Assembly (NCBI GenBank): GCA_030390025.1
Contig: CM059434.1
Span: 131,440,001-131,504,000 of the forward strand
Source: Squalus acanthias
Lineage: Eukaryota
DNA length: 64,000 nt
Direction of reading: 5' to 3'
Positions 62,240-64,000 of this stretch are shown piece after piece (within the stretch, counting starts at the first letter, position 1; each line of letters opens with the position of its first letter). The notes beneath the pieces were generated by a model that was not told the origin of the DNA, did no database searches, and saw nothing but the letters and a program-made list of their open reading frames with translations. Both the position numbers and the translations under genes were made by a program.

Positions 62240-63582
62240 GACTTTGATGAAGTAACAGAGAGGATTGATGTTGTGTACGTATATGGACTTTCAAAAGGCA
62301 TTTGACAAAATAGCACATGATAGATTTGTTAGCAAAATGAAAGCCCATGGTATTAAAGGGACAGTAGCAGCATGGATACGAAATTGGCTAAGGGACAGAA
62401 AGGGACACTAGGAGTAGTGGTGAACAGTTGTTTGTCAGACTGGAGGGAAGTATACAGTTGTATTCCCCAGGGGTTGGTATTGGGACCACTGCTCTTTTTT
62501 GATATATATTAATGACCTGGAATTGGGTATAAGGGGCATAATTTCAAAGTTTGCAGAGGACATGAAACTCAGAAATGTAGTAAACAATGTGGAGGATAGT
62601 AACATTCAGGAGGACATTGACTGGTGAAGTGGACGGACACATGGCAGATGAAATTTAACGCAGAGAAATGTGAAGTGATACATTTTGGTAGGAAGAATGA
62701 GGAGAGGCAATATGAACTGAATTATACAATATTAAAGGGGGTGCAGGAACCGAGAGACCTGGGGGTGTATGTACACAAATCTGTGAAGGTGGCAGAACAA
62801 ATTGAGAAGGCTGTTAAAAAGCATACGGGATCCTTGACTTTATTAATAGACATGATGCGGAGATATATACTGTGTAATAGATTCCCTCAATGTACCTCTA
62901 CCTGACGAAGGGGCAGCAGCTCCGAAAGCTCGTAATTTTAAATAAAACTGTTGGACTATAACTTGGTGTTGTGCGACTTCTCATTTTTATTAATAGAGGA
63001 ATAGAGTACAAAAGCAAGGAAGTTATGCTAAACATTTACAAAACACTGGTTAGGTCTCAGCTAGAGTATTGTGTCCATTTCTGGGCACCATGCTTTAGAA
63101 AGGATATCAAGATCTTGGAGAGGGTGCAGAAGAGATTTACTAGAATGGTACCAAGGATGAGGAACTTCAGTTTTGTGGAGAAGCTGAGGTTGTTCTCTTT
63201 GGAGCAGAGAAGGTTGAGGGGAGATTTGATAGAGGTGTTCAAAATGATGAGGGGTTTTGATCGAGTAAATAAGGAGAAATTGTTTCCAGTGGCAGAAGGG
63301 TCGGTAACCAGAGGACACAGATTTAAGGTGATTGGCAAAAGAACCAGAGGCGACATGAGGAAACATTTTCTTACACAGTGATCTGGAATGCGCTGTCTGA
63401 AAGGGTGGTGGAAGCAGATTCAATAGTAAGTTTGAAAAGGGAATTGGATAACTTACTTGAATGGAAAAAAATGCAGGGCTATGGGGAAAGAGCAGGGAGT
63501 AGGACTAGTTGGATAGCTGTACCAAAGAGCTGGCACAGGCACGATGGACTGAATGGCCTCCTTCTGTGCTGTATCATTCCAT
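62240..63582 (+). mobile_element. CR1 RT/3' fragment with a mini-Penelope insert at 62851-62985
   Basis: WQMKFNAEKCEVIHFG..LEYCVHFWAP. Insert TSD tttattaataga. Confidence 0.85.
62898..62935 (+). ncRNA. Minimal hammerhead ribozyme in the mini-Penelope insert
   Basis: tac-CTGACGA-a-ggggc-agca-gctcc-GAAA-gc-TC-gta. Confidence 0.65.
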
Positions 63583-64000
63583 GACTAAGTGCCCCACAAA
63601 GACAAAAAACTTGGACACACCTGCACTAGGAGGATTGACGGGGTGAGTAGATATAGTCATGACAAGACTTAAAGCTATAGCTATATTAACTGGAATAGGG
63701 ATGGTAGTGTTGAAGGGCAATGGAATACAAGTGCACACACACATTTCTTCGTACGAGCACACAAAACTTCAGATGCAATACTCTATTTGCTTGCATTTGT
63801 TTAGATTTAGGAGTTCAGCTTAAACTTGGGCTTAGCTTTTGGCCCTGCATTCTGTCCATCACCAAGACTTCTGCTTCTGCCATACAGTCCACCTTCGCCC
63901 CTCTGAAACCCTTCTACCAGCTTAATCCATAACCATGTAATGGGCCGACGTCCTCTCTTGGCCACAAGAAACTGAGAGCAGTAAGGTGAGGCCAATAAAA

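Overview
Repeat-rich eukaryotic genomic DNA, probably from a cartilaginous fish (inferred from the CR1/L2/Penelope/Tx1 repeat content). The window holds one host gene, on the minus strand, which I assembled by hand into 8 GT-AG coding exons with matching phases (45940 to 11799; 2934 nt; 977 aa). The predicted protein is signal peptide - B7/butyrophilin-like IgV - transmembrane helix - dileucine motif - NACHT - about 6 RI-type LRRs - NLRX1-like C-terminal helical cap. This would be a membrane-anchored Ig-NLR hybrid receptor with no CARD or PYD, and it is the main finding. The intron between the signal-peptide and IgV exons contains a ~10 kb minisatellite of a 23-bp unit. The rest is transposons: a young Tx1-clade L1, many CR1 and L2 pieces, a Penelope element plus hammerhead-ribozyme-bearing mini-elements with TSDs, Harbinger MITEs and a dead transposase, and a solo LTR.
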